DNA of 64,000 nt from Rebecca billardiae RCC1528 (taxonomy: Eukaryota; Protista; Haptophyta). Within the stretch, counting starts at the first letter, position 1, and every line of letters begins with the position of its first letter. Shown piece by piece: positions 34,355 to 45,694 of the stretch. The notes beneath the pieces are model-generated. The model was not told where the DNA came from, did no database searches, and saw only the letters and a program-made list of their open reading frames with translations. The stretch covers positions 434,001 to 498,000 of the forward strand of contig OZ251235.1 in assembly GCA_965240325.2 (NCBI GenBank), given 5' to 3'. Made by a program: the position numbers and the translations under genes.

Positions 34355-35701
34355 TCATCTGTTGTCATCGCCGCTGCTGCTAGCATGCCCCGCCGCACTC
34401 GGCGGCGCTTGGTCGGGCCCGACGCGCGCGCCGCTCCGCCCGATGAAGATCCGCGTGTTGGTGAAGTCCGACAGCAGCGGGTTGTACCCCGAGCGCGTCT
34501 CTGTGTGCTCGAGCTCTGCGTACTCAGCCAGCAGCTGGGCGGACGGCACGCTCTCCGCCTCCGCGCCGCCGGCCGTGCGGTACAGGGCGCCGAGGGCGTC
34601 AAAGTCGGTGGGGAAGAAGACGTCGCAGGTGCCGTCCGCGGCCTCGAGCACGCGCCCCCCCCGGTCGCGCGTGACGCCGCCCTCCTTCGAGTGCACGACG
34701 GGCGCGAGCAGCGCGCCGCCCGGCTGCGGCGGCAGCCAGCTGAAGTCTGCGAGCAGCATCGTGTGCGCAGGCTCGGCGTCGAGGACGGCGCGCAGCATGA
34801 GCGAGGCGGCCGTGGGGACCCACGCGGTGGGATTGCGCGTGGAGAGCGCCGATGCGAACGCGGCGCCGACGCGCATCGGGCGCAGCAGCCGCAGCCCGGG
34901 GTGCTCGCGCGCGGTACGCACCGCGGCGCGCCGCCACGCATGCGCGCCGCCCAAGCCGAGCGCATCCACAGCGCTGGCGAGGGCCTCGTCGGCGAGCGGC
35001 TCCCACGCCTGCTCGAGCACGCCTCCGCCGCCGTCGAGGACAACGGCCTGCTCCAGCCCGCCGCGCGTCCAGCGCACGAGGTCGTGCGGCAGGTTGTCCA
35101 GCACCTCGAGCCCGAGCACGTAGCAATGGCCGCTGCGATCAGCATGGCCGCCCGCACGTGCGCCGGGCGCGGGCGCACCGCGCGGCCAGTCGAGGGCGGA
35201 GACGTTGTGCACGGCGTAGCGCTCCGGCGGGAACCCCGCCTCTTCCAGCCGCGCGCGCTGCCGCGCTGCCATCTCCGCGCTGATCTCGACGAGCTCGTAC
35301 GACGCATGCGCGTACTCGTCAGGCGCCGCCTCGCGCAGCCAGCTCAAGAAGCCGAGCGCGCACGTGCCGTTCCCGCCGCCGATCTCGAAGACGCGGAGCG
35401 GCGGGGCGTGACGCTCGTGCTTCACGCGGCGGCGGTGGTCGCGCAGCACGTACCGCCCCAGTGCCCGTGCGTACCACGGGTGGAAGTACTCGACAGGCGT
35501 CAAGAAGCCTTCGGGCGACGATGCGGCGAGCGCGCGCTGCGTGTCGCGGTACTCCGCCTCGCCGATCATCTTGCGGAAGGGCAGAGGCTCGGATGGGCGG
35601 TGCACGCGCGCCGAGGCCGACGAGAAGTACCCCGTCGCGCGTGCGTACAGGCAGTCGTGCACGAAGTCGCGCATGAGTCGGCGATGTGTGGCGCGCTGCA
35701 T
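34355..35701 (-). CDS. NDUFAF7/MidA-family SAM-dependent arginine methyltransferase-like protein, probably mitochondrial
   Basis: MRDFVHDCLY...GYF, FLTPVE.F.PWY, VFEIGGGNGT, YELVEISAEMA, LEVLDNLPHDLV, DVFFPTDF. Confidence 0.85.
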   Translation of the reverse strand: MQRATHRRLMRDFVHDCLYARATGYFSSASARVHRPSEPLPFRKMIGEAEYRDTQRALAASSPEGFLTPVEYFHPWYARALGRYVLRDHRRRVKHERHAPPLRVFEIGGGNGTCALGFLSWLREAAPDEYAHASYELVEISAEMAARQRARLEEAGFPPERYAVHNVSALDWPRGAPAPGARAGGHADRSGHCYVLGLEVLDNLPHDLVRWTRGGLEQAVVLDGGGGVLEQAWEPLADEALASAVDALGLGGAHAWRRAAVRTAREHPGLRLLRPMRVGAAFASALSTRNPTAWVPTAASLMLRAVLDAEPAHTMLLADFSWLPPQPGGALLAPVVHSKEGGVTRDRGGRVLEAADGTCDVFFPTDFDALGALYRTAGGAEAESVPSAQLLAEYAELEHTETRSGYNPLLSDFTNTRIFIGRSGARVGPDQAPPSAAGHASSSGDDNR

Positions 35702-35743
35702 CGTGCGCAGTAACACACCGCCGGGACTCCGGCCTCCGGACCC

Positions 35744-35805
35744 ATTCTATGATTTAACGACACAGGTAGGACGGCGCAGGTCTCCTGATTCGTCGTCGGC
35801 AGTGC
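35744..35805 (+). repeat. Family B 62-bp element
   Basis: 59/62 identity to the reverse complement of 5065-5126; lies about 40 bp upstream of the NDUFAF7-like ATG. Confidence 0.85.
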
Positions 35806-36132
35806 CCGATCGTCGACACGAAGTCGGCGCTGGTGGCAGAGCATAGCCTGAACCGCGATCGAATGGCTTGAGCGCGGCCTTGAGCTGCTGGAGCGCGATC
35901 CACCTGCGCTGCGCGGCTCGCATGGACCTGCTGTGCCCCGAGCGCAGCGCCATTAATTTGGCCATTTCCGGTCGAAGATGAATAGCTAATAGTCGGCCTG
36001 ATGACTGCTCGTATCCTCGTAAACAACCTGGGTAATGAGGCCCAGTGGCCACGTGCAACTCCACCCGATTTGCGCGATGATGACGAATTGCCGCTCGCGA
36101 GTTCGGACGGCCACGCTCGCAGGACGGCGACG

Positions 36133-37973
36133 ATGTACCGCACGCTCGCGCTCCTGTGTTCGGCGGCTGGCGCTGCTGCGCTCGCGTCGCACGGCACCCC
36201 CGGTGCGCGCCGAGGCTGGCCGCACTGCCAATTGTCCGCCCCCGCGCCCGGCCTCGCGCGCACCAGCAGCGCGCGAGCATGCGCGCGCTGCGTCTGAAGC
36301 GTCGCTCGGGGCGCGCGATCGCACGCGCTGCGCGCAGGGAGCCATGCGTCGCGTTCGGCGATCAAGTCGGTCGCTGCGCAGGCACACGTCACTGATAAGT
36401 CGACGAGCCTCTTCGCCGAGGCGCAGGACCTGATGCCCGGCGGCGTGAGCTCGCCCGTGCGCGCGTTTAAGTCAGTCGGCGGCCAGCCCATCTTCTTCGA
36501 CCACGTGAAGGGTGCGTACTGCTTCGACGTGGACGGCAACCAGTACATCGACTACGTGGGCACGTGGGGGCCGGCGATCATCGGCCACGCCGACGACGCG
36601 GTGCTGGACGCGCTGAAGGCGCAGCTCGACAAGGGCACCTCGTTTGGCGCGCCGTCCCCGCTCGAGAACGTGCTCGCAAAGATGGTGATCGAGGCGGTGC
36701 CCTCCGTGGAGATGGTGCGCTTCACCAACTCGGGGACGGAGGCGTGCATGGGCATGCTGCGCGTGATCCGTGCGTACACCGATCGCGAGAAGATCATCAA
36801 GTTCGAGGGCTGCTACCACGGCCACGCGGACTCCTTCCTCGTGCAGGCGGGCTCGGGCGTCGCGACGCTCGGTCTGCCTGACTCGCCGGGCGTGCCGAGC
36901 GGCGCGACCAAGGGGACGCTGTGCGCCAAGTACAACGACCTGGCGTCGGTCGAGGCGATCTTCGAGGCGAACCCGGGCGAGATCGCGGGCGTCGTGCTCG
37001 AGCCCGTCGTCGGCAACTCGGGCTTCATCGCCCCGGACAAGGCGTTCCTGCAGGGGCTGCGCGACCTCACCACCAAGCACGGCGCCGTGCTCGTCTTTGA
37101 CGAGGTGATGACGGGCTTCCGGATCGCGTACGGCGGCGCGCAGGAGTACTTTGGGATCACGCCCGACGTGACGACGATGGGCAAGGTGATCGGCGGCGGC
37201 CTGCCCGTCGGCGCGTACGGCGGCAAGCGCGAGATCATGGAGCTGGTCGCGCCGGCGGGCCCGATGTACCAGGCGGGCACGCTCTCAGGCAACCCGCTCG
37301 CAATGACGGCGGGCATCAAGACGCTCGAGACGCTCAAGAAGCCTGGTGCGCGCGCGCGCTCGCGCGGCGGGGCGCGGCGCGGCGCGGTGGGGAGAGGGCC
37401 GGGGGCGCCGCCGCGCGCCGAATCGCACCGCGCACCGCGCCACACCGCCGCACCGACGTCTGCTGGGCGCGGGTCAGCAACGCGTGCCCGCCGCCCGAGG
37501 ATGCCTACTCGTGTGCCACAGCGAGCAACGGCCGCCGTTGAGTTTGCCCGGGGGCGCCACTCCCTCGGCGCAAAATTAAGTGCGGGCACACGCGCGCCGC
37601 GTGGGCTCACGCCACGCACGCCACCCGCGCCCCTCGCGCCGCGCGCGCAGGGTCGTACGAGAAGCTCGACCAGCTCTCGGAGAAGCTCGTGACGGGCATC
37701 CTCGAGGCGGGCCGCGCGGCCGGCCACAAGATGTGCGGCGGGCACATCAGGGGCATGTTCGGCTGGTTCTTCTGCGAGGGCCCGGTCAAGTCGTTCGCGG
37801 ACGCGACGGCGAGCGACACGGAGAAGTTCGGCCGCTGGCACCGCGCCATGCTCGAGAAGGGCATCTACCTCGCGCCCTCGCAGTACGAGGCGGGCTTCAT
37901 GAGCCTCGCGCACACGGAGGCCGACATTGAGAAGACGATCGCGGCCGCCAAGGAGGTCTTCGCGACGCTCTGA
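36133..37973 (+). CDS. hemL: Glutamate-1-semialdehyde 2,1-aminomutase, plastid-targeted; exons 36133-36202, 36338-37345, 37651-37973
   Basis: [47 protein letters not shown] Lys in [26 protein letters not shown]; signal peptide plus transit-like leader; two GT-AG introns restore frame. Confidence 0.97.
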
Positions 37974-38348
37974 GCGAGTGCGTTGAGCGCGCGCGGAGCC
38001 GCGCACGCCCAGGGCGCGCCCTGACCGGAGCCAACCCGACAGACAGCCGGCACACGGTGGACCCGCACGATGTATGGCACGCCTGTCAGTGTCAGTCCAT
38101 CCACGAGTCTGAGTGCGACGCCTGACTTCAGGCGATCGTCCGCAGATCCGCTCGGGATCCTCATCCTGCACCACGTTGGTCGGACGATCTTGCCGCTTGC
38201 GCTGTCGCACTGGCAGGCGGCAGCGGGCAGGGCACCGCCACCGGCAGTCCACTGTGTCTCACCGCCTGTGAGTGTGACTCGGGCCAATGATCGTCGACGT
38301 CATTCGTCGCGTTAATAATAATAATTGTCCGCCAAGGAATCGCCAATC

Positions 38349-38438
38349 TACAGTTTACTAAGAATAAGAGACGCACACAGCTCAGACAGGCGAGTTTACT
38401 AAGAATAAGAGACGCACACAGCTCAGGCAGGCGAGATT
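38349..38438 (-). repeat. Two tandem copies of family A element (reverse orientation)
   Basis: AGTTTACTAAGAATAAGAGACGCACACAGCTCAG(A/G)CAGGCGAG twice. Confidence 0.9.
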
Positions 38439-38493
38439 CAGTGATTTCCAATTTCCAATCCAATATATTTTACTCGCAGCCCGCTACTGCGTC

Positions 38494-38552
38494 TGCTGCC
38501 CCATCCGCTACTGACGCCTGTCTTGCCTGTTGCATGCCACGTCGTTAAATAT
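38494..38552 (+). repeat. Family C 59-bp element (TGCTGCCCCATCCGCTACTGACGCCTGTCTTGCCTGTTGCATGCCACGTCGTTAAATAT)
   Basis: Perfect reverse complement at 43249-43307; truncated direct copy at 40070-40114. Confidence 0.9.
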
Positions 38553-40069
38553 GGCGGGCCGTAGGTCCGCCCCTTGTAGTGCCCGGGAACAAGATAAGAA
38601 AAAGAAAAAGAAAAAGAAAATCGCCTCGCAAAGAAAAGAAAATCGCCTCGCTCACTGCCGGGTCGCTTCGCTCACTACCGGGCGCCCTCGCAGCTCCCAC
38701 TGGGGACGCTCGGCCGAAAACCATGCCGGCCATGGCGCGGAGCGCGTGGGCGGCACGCGCCGAATCCAACGCCGGCGCAGACATCGCGCGAGGATTCCCG
38801 AGACGTGTTTTCGCCCGATTCGCGATTGCTGCCCTCCTCGTCTCGCGTGCAGGTCGAACGGGGGCCAAAGTCGACGCGTTTGGAGGCACGGTCGGCGCGT
38901 CGACACGATCGTGCGACCTGGGGCGGTCCTCGCCCGACTTGCACGTCGAGCGCTCGCACGAGCCATAGTATTAAGCGCTGCGCACGACAACCACCTCGCG
39001 CGATCCACCGTCGCGCGTCGGGCTCGGTGCGGAAAGGCCCTCATCACGAGGCGTCTCGCGGGCGGGAAGCGCCATCGCACGCGACGCAAGCTTTGGCGCG
39101 GCCTTCTGAACTCGATCGCCGGAAACGGCGCACCGGACTGTCGCGTGCCACAACTTCTCAAAGCCGGGCGCATGCAAATCCGTTTGCTACAGCTGTACCA
39201 GTTCCCGGCCAAGCCGAAGGGCCGGCCCTTGTGCCGGCGATCATCTTTCGCGATCGCGGCCAAAGATCGCTCGGCGCTCGCGGTCCCTCACAGCCGAAAG
39301 CCCACGTCCGGCCTTCAGCATGGCGTCGACGGTGACCAATGCGACGGAGGCGCAGCGCAAAGCGGCGTACGAGGCGCAGCGAACGCAGCTGCCGTGTCTG
39401 TCGCCGTGGCAGGAACCGCGTCTTGGCGAGTCGGCGGCCCTCGTCGCACAGCGCTACAGTATGACCGATCCCAGAGGCGCATCCGCCACGAGCTGAAACG
39501 CCGAGCGTGCAACATTGTCGCCCCATCCTCCACCATGTCACGAGCGCTGCGGGACGAGGCCGACGTCGTGAAGCCAGTGGCACATGCGCTGCGCTTCCTA
39601 TGCCTGCTCGAGCAGCGCGTGCCCACCCTCGATCGCGAGTGGCACACGCTCTCGCACTGCGCGCGCGCGCACCGCCGACAGCTCCTGATACCGCCGAACG
39701 TGCGGGTGCCGGACCTGTCGCGCGAAGCGGCGAGCGCCGACGAGCGCTTGGACCTGGACGCGTTGTTGCGCAGCGTGGCGGCCGTGCACGACGCCGACGC
39801 GACCTTCGCCGAGCCCATCGTGCCCGGAGCGGACATCGGCATCCTCGCGACACACGATCTCAGCTGGCGGCAGGAGGAGATGCTGTCGCGTTATTATTCG
39901 TCAGTGAGTCAGGTAGCTCACCATCATCTGTGTGTCGCATTGTTATTCGTCATCCTGCCGCCCGTCAAACCGCTAAATAAAAGGCGCGAACCCGCTGGGG
40001 AAATATTGCGACAGCACTGGCACGGCCCGCCGACCCCCCCGCCCGCCAGGGCAGAGTTTATTTTAAGGG

Positions 40070-40238
<169 letters not shown>

Positions 40239-40437
40239 TTTTTAACGTGTTTGGGGCTCACGGTGGCCATGAGATAGCCGCGCCATCCCTTAGAACACGC
40301 TCTCCGATGAGGGAGAGAGGAGTCGACCTTAAAGAACTGCTTACTGCCCGCACAAGCGGGAATAACTGGCTGGCTGATGAAAATTGATGCCATCCGACAC
40401 AGGCACACAGCACGAAAGTCGCCTGGTGGTAGAGACT

Positions 40438-43117
40438 ATGGCGGCGGCGATCGGCCGAGCGGCGATTGGGGCAGCGGCTGCGCTCCTGTCCGTCGGCCTC
40501 TCGGCGGGCACGCAAACGCGTGGGGGTCAGCTCCCGCCCGTGGACGCGGACATGGCGCTCGTGCTCCGCCAGGCGGGCCTGCGCATGCGCGAGGAGCTCG
40601 TGCTCGCGCGGAACATGCGCGCCGCAGCTGCTCCAATCGGCGGCGGCAGCGTCATCGTCGTGTCGGGCCTCGTGCGCCAGTGCGACGCCGCGCGTGCCAG
40701 GGCGCTCGTTCGCGACTGTGTGGGTGGCAATGCGTCCGTCGTTGCGCTCCTGCAGCACTACCCCGCCGGTAGCTTCCCGCGGGACGTCGCCAACATCATC
40801 GGCTTCCATAAGCACACGCTGCCCGGTGCGACGACAGGCGCGGGGCCGGGCGGCTTCGAGGCGTGCGCGTCGGAGCTCGAAGCTGCCGTGGAGGGCTCGG
40901 CGTGCGCGCTCGTGCTCGGGCGCGCGTGGTTCGAGGAGGCGGGCGAGCCCACGTGCCCCACCCTTCGCGACACCGCGCTGACGACCAACACTGGTCGCAG
41001 CGTGCTGCAGACGCTAGCCGTGGGGCGCGCGTACGACTGGGCTCGCTTCTACCTCCCGACGAGCGCGGCCGCGGACGCGTCGAGCTCGGGCGTGGTGGTG
41101 CGCGCGCGCCTCGACGGCGTGGCGTGCGTGCCGCCGGCGCCCGCTGCGCCGCGCCCCAGTGCGCTCGTCGTCAACTCCCTCAACCTTGACGGCCTCACAG
41201 CAGCGGCGCTTTTCAACGACCAGTATGCCGCAATGAGCGCCGAGCTCGCGCCGACTTACTTTGGCGCGTGGCGGGTGTGGCGGCCGTTCGACTGCTCGCG
41301 CATCTGCTTCGCGAGCGCGGGCGACCTGCACGCGGGGCAGTACGTGGGCCTCGCTCAGCGCTGCACCGCGGAGGTCCCTCTGACCATGTGGCTCGGCGCG
41401 CGCGGGCTCTTGCGCGGGCTGCGGCCGGGATCTGGAGGGAAGGCGGCGGGGGTGCCGGCGCTGAGGTCCCTCGGGGAGAATGTCGTGCTCCGAGACCCGA
41501 GGCATCCGCGGTGGCGCCCCCCGCGCGCGCCGCAGGCTCCCGCCGAAGCGGTGGCCCACGTCGGCCCGCCCACGCGCGGCACACCCGATGAGGACGCGGC
41601 AGGCGCCGCTGCAGCGCGCGAGGCCTTGGCCGACAGTCTGCGCGAGCGCCTGTGCCCAGCGTGCTGGCCGGACTGCATGGCCGCACCGAGGCGGAATTGG
41701 CGCCACTGTGCCTTATTTGGCGCGCGCAACCCGTGCCACAACTTCCGCGCCCACGGCCCGCGCGCCTGCGTCTCCAGCTGGCAGCCCGCGGCCGCGGCGT
41801 CCGGCCGCAACGTCTCCACAGCCGATCGCGAGGAATGCATCGTGTCCGAAGTGTTCTGGGAGACCGGCACGGACCCGTGTGCATGCATCGCCTACCGACG
41901 GCGAGGTGGCAGCCAGCGTATCGTGCGCATCGACGGGCGGCACCCAGGCGGGACCGCGACCCGCGGCGCGGCGGGCGACGAGCAGCCTGGCGGGGCGCCG
42001 CTCGCCGGCGCTGCGGCCGCCGCCTCCGCCCCTCACGCACGCACCGCTGGGAGCGACCCCCGCGCGCGTGTGGCGTGCGCAGAGTTCTTCGGCCGCGCAC
42101 GGATGCCCGGACGCGCGGAGCACGCATGGGACGTGGTCACCCGAGAGGACGTGCTCCTGGGGCGGAGGCTTCCGCGCTCGCCACGCCTCTTCAGCCCCTA
42201 CAGCCGCCTTCTCATGCCCGCGCCTCGAGCCAGGCGCGCGCCGCCGCTCGAGGCGAAGCCGCCCATCGCGGCGCCGGGCGCTCCGCTGCCGCTGCCAGGC
42301 GCGCCGCCGCTGCCGATGCCGGTGGACCTCGTGGCCCTCGTCGAGGTGCCCAAGGCGGCATCCTCGACGATCAAGTACGTCACGGGCACGCTGTATGCCA
42401 ACGTGAGTGACGCTCAGGGCCGGGCAGAGCGCGCACGCCTTCGGCTCGCGCTGAGCCGAGCGCAGGCGGTGGTGGCGATGGCCACACGCCGAGAGCCTGT
42501 GGCGCGCGCGCTCTCCGCCTATGGCACGATCACCGCGCGCATGCTGCGGCGCTGCGTCCGGCGCAAGGGGGGGCAACGCCACCGCCGAGTGCCCCCCCTG
42601 GATGTTCGCGCCCACGGGAGCGGCACGCCTCGCCGGTTTCGTCGACTGGCTCGCCAGCGGTGAGCTCGTGCGCCTCGCCGAAGCGCCGGGCACGGGCGCG
42701 CACACGGCCACGACCCTGCGCCACGCCTACTCGCAGGCGTACTGGCTCTGTCTGTACCCCGGCCCCATCCACCGCCTCGTCGCGACCGAGGCGATGCCTC
42801 AAGCGCTCACCGACGTGCTGAGCGAGGTAGGCGGGGTGCTGCACGGCGAGGACACCGCCGTCGTGGTGGCGGACGCATCGCAGCCCCCGCCACCGGGCCA
42901 CGCGCCTCGCGCGCGCCGCTACGAGATGGGGAACCGAAATGAGGGTGGGCTGGACCGCGACGCGCTGATTGGAAGCTTGGGCGAGGCGGAGCGTAGCAGG
43001 GTCCTCGCACAGCTCCGGAGCTATTACGCCCACGACTACGCATGCCTGGGCGAGTACTACTCGGGCCGTGCGGCCATCAGCATCTATCGTCATCAGCAGC
43101 CGCGTCGTGAAACGTGA
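40438..43117 (+). CDS. Secretory-pathway protein: glycosyltransferase-like N-terminal region + C-terminal sulfotransferase domain; apparent +1 frameshift at G7 run 42567-42573
   Basis: N-terminal hydrophobic leader; 5'-PSB VEVPKAASST and 3'-PB RREPVARALSAY; continuation in the other frame ends LRSYYAHDYACLGEY. Removing one G joins ORFs 40384-42663 and 42521-43117. Confidence 0.7.
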
Positions 43118-43248
43118 TCGTCGACGCGGACGCGCACGACGCAGTCAGCCAGTCGCCCAGCAGTGCTGACTAGTCGTCTGCGACGACCTGACGATGGCTG
43201 ATGGGAAACTATATATTGATAATAATAAATACATACACATATATATAT

Positions 43249-43304
43249 ATATTTAACGACGTGGCATGCAACAGGCAAGACAGGCGTCAGTAGCGGATGG
43301 GGCA

Positions 43305-43307
<3 letters not shown>
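43249..43307 (-). repeat. Family C element, inverted copy embedded in (TA)n
   Basis: Exact reverse complement of 38494-38552, with TA runs on both sides. Confidence 0.9.
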
Positions 43308-43350
<43 letters not shown>

Positions 43351-45694
43351 TATAATATATATAGCTATCAGCCGCTGCGCCTCAGCCCCCCCGACGACGT
43401 GGCCTAATCCGGACCACCCCTCGGGCGACCGCTAAGGCAGCCAACCAGACCGTCAGCAGGACTACGTCATCGACGCCCGCCCCGATAGAGCCGCACGCGC
43501 CGACACGGCATGCTTAGTATATATATATATATATATATATATTAATGGCCCGCAGGCGCCCGGCCAGAACGCGAGAGCGTGGCGGCCGCGCCGCAGGCCC
43601 GCTCTACGAGGTCAAAAGATCTTGAAAAAAGAAAAGAGGTCGACGAAAAAAGGCGAGGAAGAACGATGGCGACGACACCACACAGGGTATGCATCGTATT
43701 TCGGCCTCCTCAGACATTACGGTACGTCACACAGTGGCGGCGCGACCGCTGCGGCGGCGCTCGCACAAAATGATTTCAAAATCCTCCAAAATCAACCTGA
43801 ACCTCATCCTAAAATACAGCAGGACAGCATGGCTGGCGGCGGCATCTCGAAGCATTCCAGATGATTCTGAAATGAACGAAACATGAGCCGAGCACTGCGA
43901 ACACGCTGTGCTGAAAACACCGCAACAAGAGCCGAAGCTCGTCGACCGACCTCGCGACCGTCAAGCCTCAAGACGCGTTCCCTGACAATAATACTTTATT
44001 ATTTACAATTATAATAATATAATAGCAGTAATATTAAAAAATAAAGAATAATTCGGGCGGATTTTCTGACGACGAGACTTAGCAGTGTCGTTAAATCATA
44101 TAATGAGTAAGCATTACTTCAGTCTGAGTACTCGTGAACGTGACTCGCGAGTCACGACTCACGAGTCACAGCTTCACAGTACAGTGTGAGTGTCACTGTC
44201 CGAGTCTGTGAGACAGTGTCTATACTATTTATTGTCTATTATCTGGTGTGACGGTTGGGCCGCTCCCGCTAGTCCTAGTACCGGCTCGCCGGACCCGTAG
44301 GGGGTCCAAGCCGCGGAATTAAAAATCGAAAATCGACTGACCGATTTCGCGGTGACCATTTCCGAACCGATTGTTGCCTCGAATTGCGGCAGCACGGGCC
44401 GCGGCCGTTCACGGTTCAGAGCACGGTCGAGCCCGAGATCGGGCGAGTAGCACGCCTGGGCGGTGGACTTCATCGTCGCGTCGGCGCGGCGGAGCGCGCT
44501 CTGGCGTCAGAGGCGCGCGGGCGGGCGAGTCAGGGTGGCCACCATGACAGCGTTCGACCAAATGATCGCTGGCAGCTCGCTCTCACCGGACATCTTGAAC
44601 CTCACAGCCCCGCTCTGCGCGCCGTTCGAACTCTCATCCGGATGAGCGCGGACAACGCAGCCCCGGTTTCAGGTGAAGCGTGCACGCTGCGCGCTGGTTT
44701 ACACCTGGTTTAGCTTGTCCATGATGAGCATGAATGACCCCCCGGCGCTCGGCCTGGTGCGTGCAGTGCTCACCTCCCCACGCGCTGCGCATGCACTCGC
44801 GCGATCGCTGGCCGCTCGTTCGCAAACGGGAGTGCGCGGCAGTCGTGGGTGGTAAGCAAGCTCGGCGACCCTGTGTACGTGCGGGGCCTGTCTTCCAGCT
44901 CACAGTAGTACCGCCAGAAGCTCCAGCCGGCACGCGTCGGCTTGTTTGTTGTGCCACTTGGCGTGCCGCTTGGCTGCATGCAGCAGCCGAGCTGCGCTGA
45001 GGCGAAGAGCGTGCACCTTGTCACGAACGTCAAGCTTGCTGCGGAGCAAACGCGCGCCGCCAAGCTCCGCTATGACCGCTGCCACATCTGCACACCGTGT
45101 CTTCGTCTCGGGAGTGCCTGCGCCACTGTTGGCGGCCGTCTTGGAGCAGCGCGCGGACTGCATGATGCTCGGGGCAGGAGTGCTGCTGGGCGCGGCAGTG
45201 GAGGCAGAGAGCTCAACGCTCGCCACCGAGCAGCTCGCAGAGTCAGAGGTAAGCTGGAGCAGCCTCGACTGCAAGCGCTGTAGCCGCAGCAGAGGTGGAC
45301 CGGCGGCGGCCTCGCGTGGGCTGGGGTACGACGAACGGCGACGGTGCCGGTGACACCTGAGTACGGGCAAGGAAGCCGCCCGGCACATGGCATCAGTGAC
45401 ATGGCAAGCTACTCTGCGCACGCCAGCCTCGACGGCGGAGAGGACTCTCATGCCGGGATGGTGGCGGCATGTTCAGTGGCGGAGTCGGCCGTGTGCCGCA
45501 GCACGTGCAGCCCGCCACCGGCATCAGGCCCGCGTTCGCGGGCTGGCACTCACTGATGTGCTGAGTCCAGTGGCATGAGCCGTCTCGGCGCCGCCGTACT
45601 CCGTATTCGGATGACCCAGCAAGTAGTGAGCAAGGTACCCATGTATAGGCAATCACTTGAATACATATGGAAAAATTAACCGCATTCTATATAT

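Noticed and set aside
44384-45560. Possible minus-strand gene remnant left of the TIR element
   Set aside because: Multiple stops, no recognisable family; removing the element does not restore a convincing ORF.
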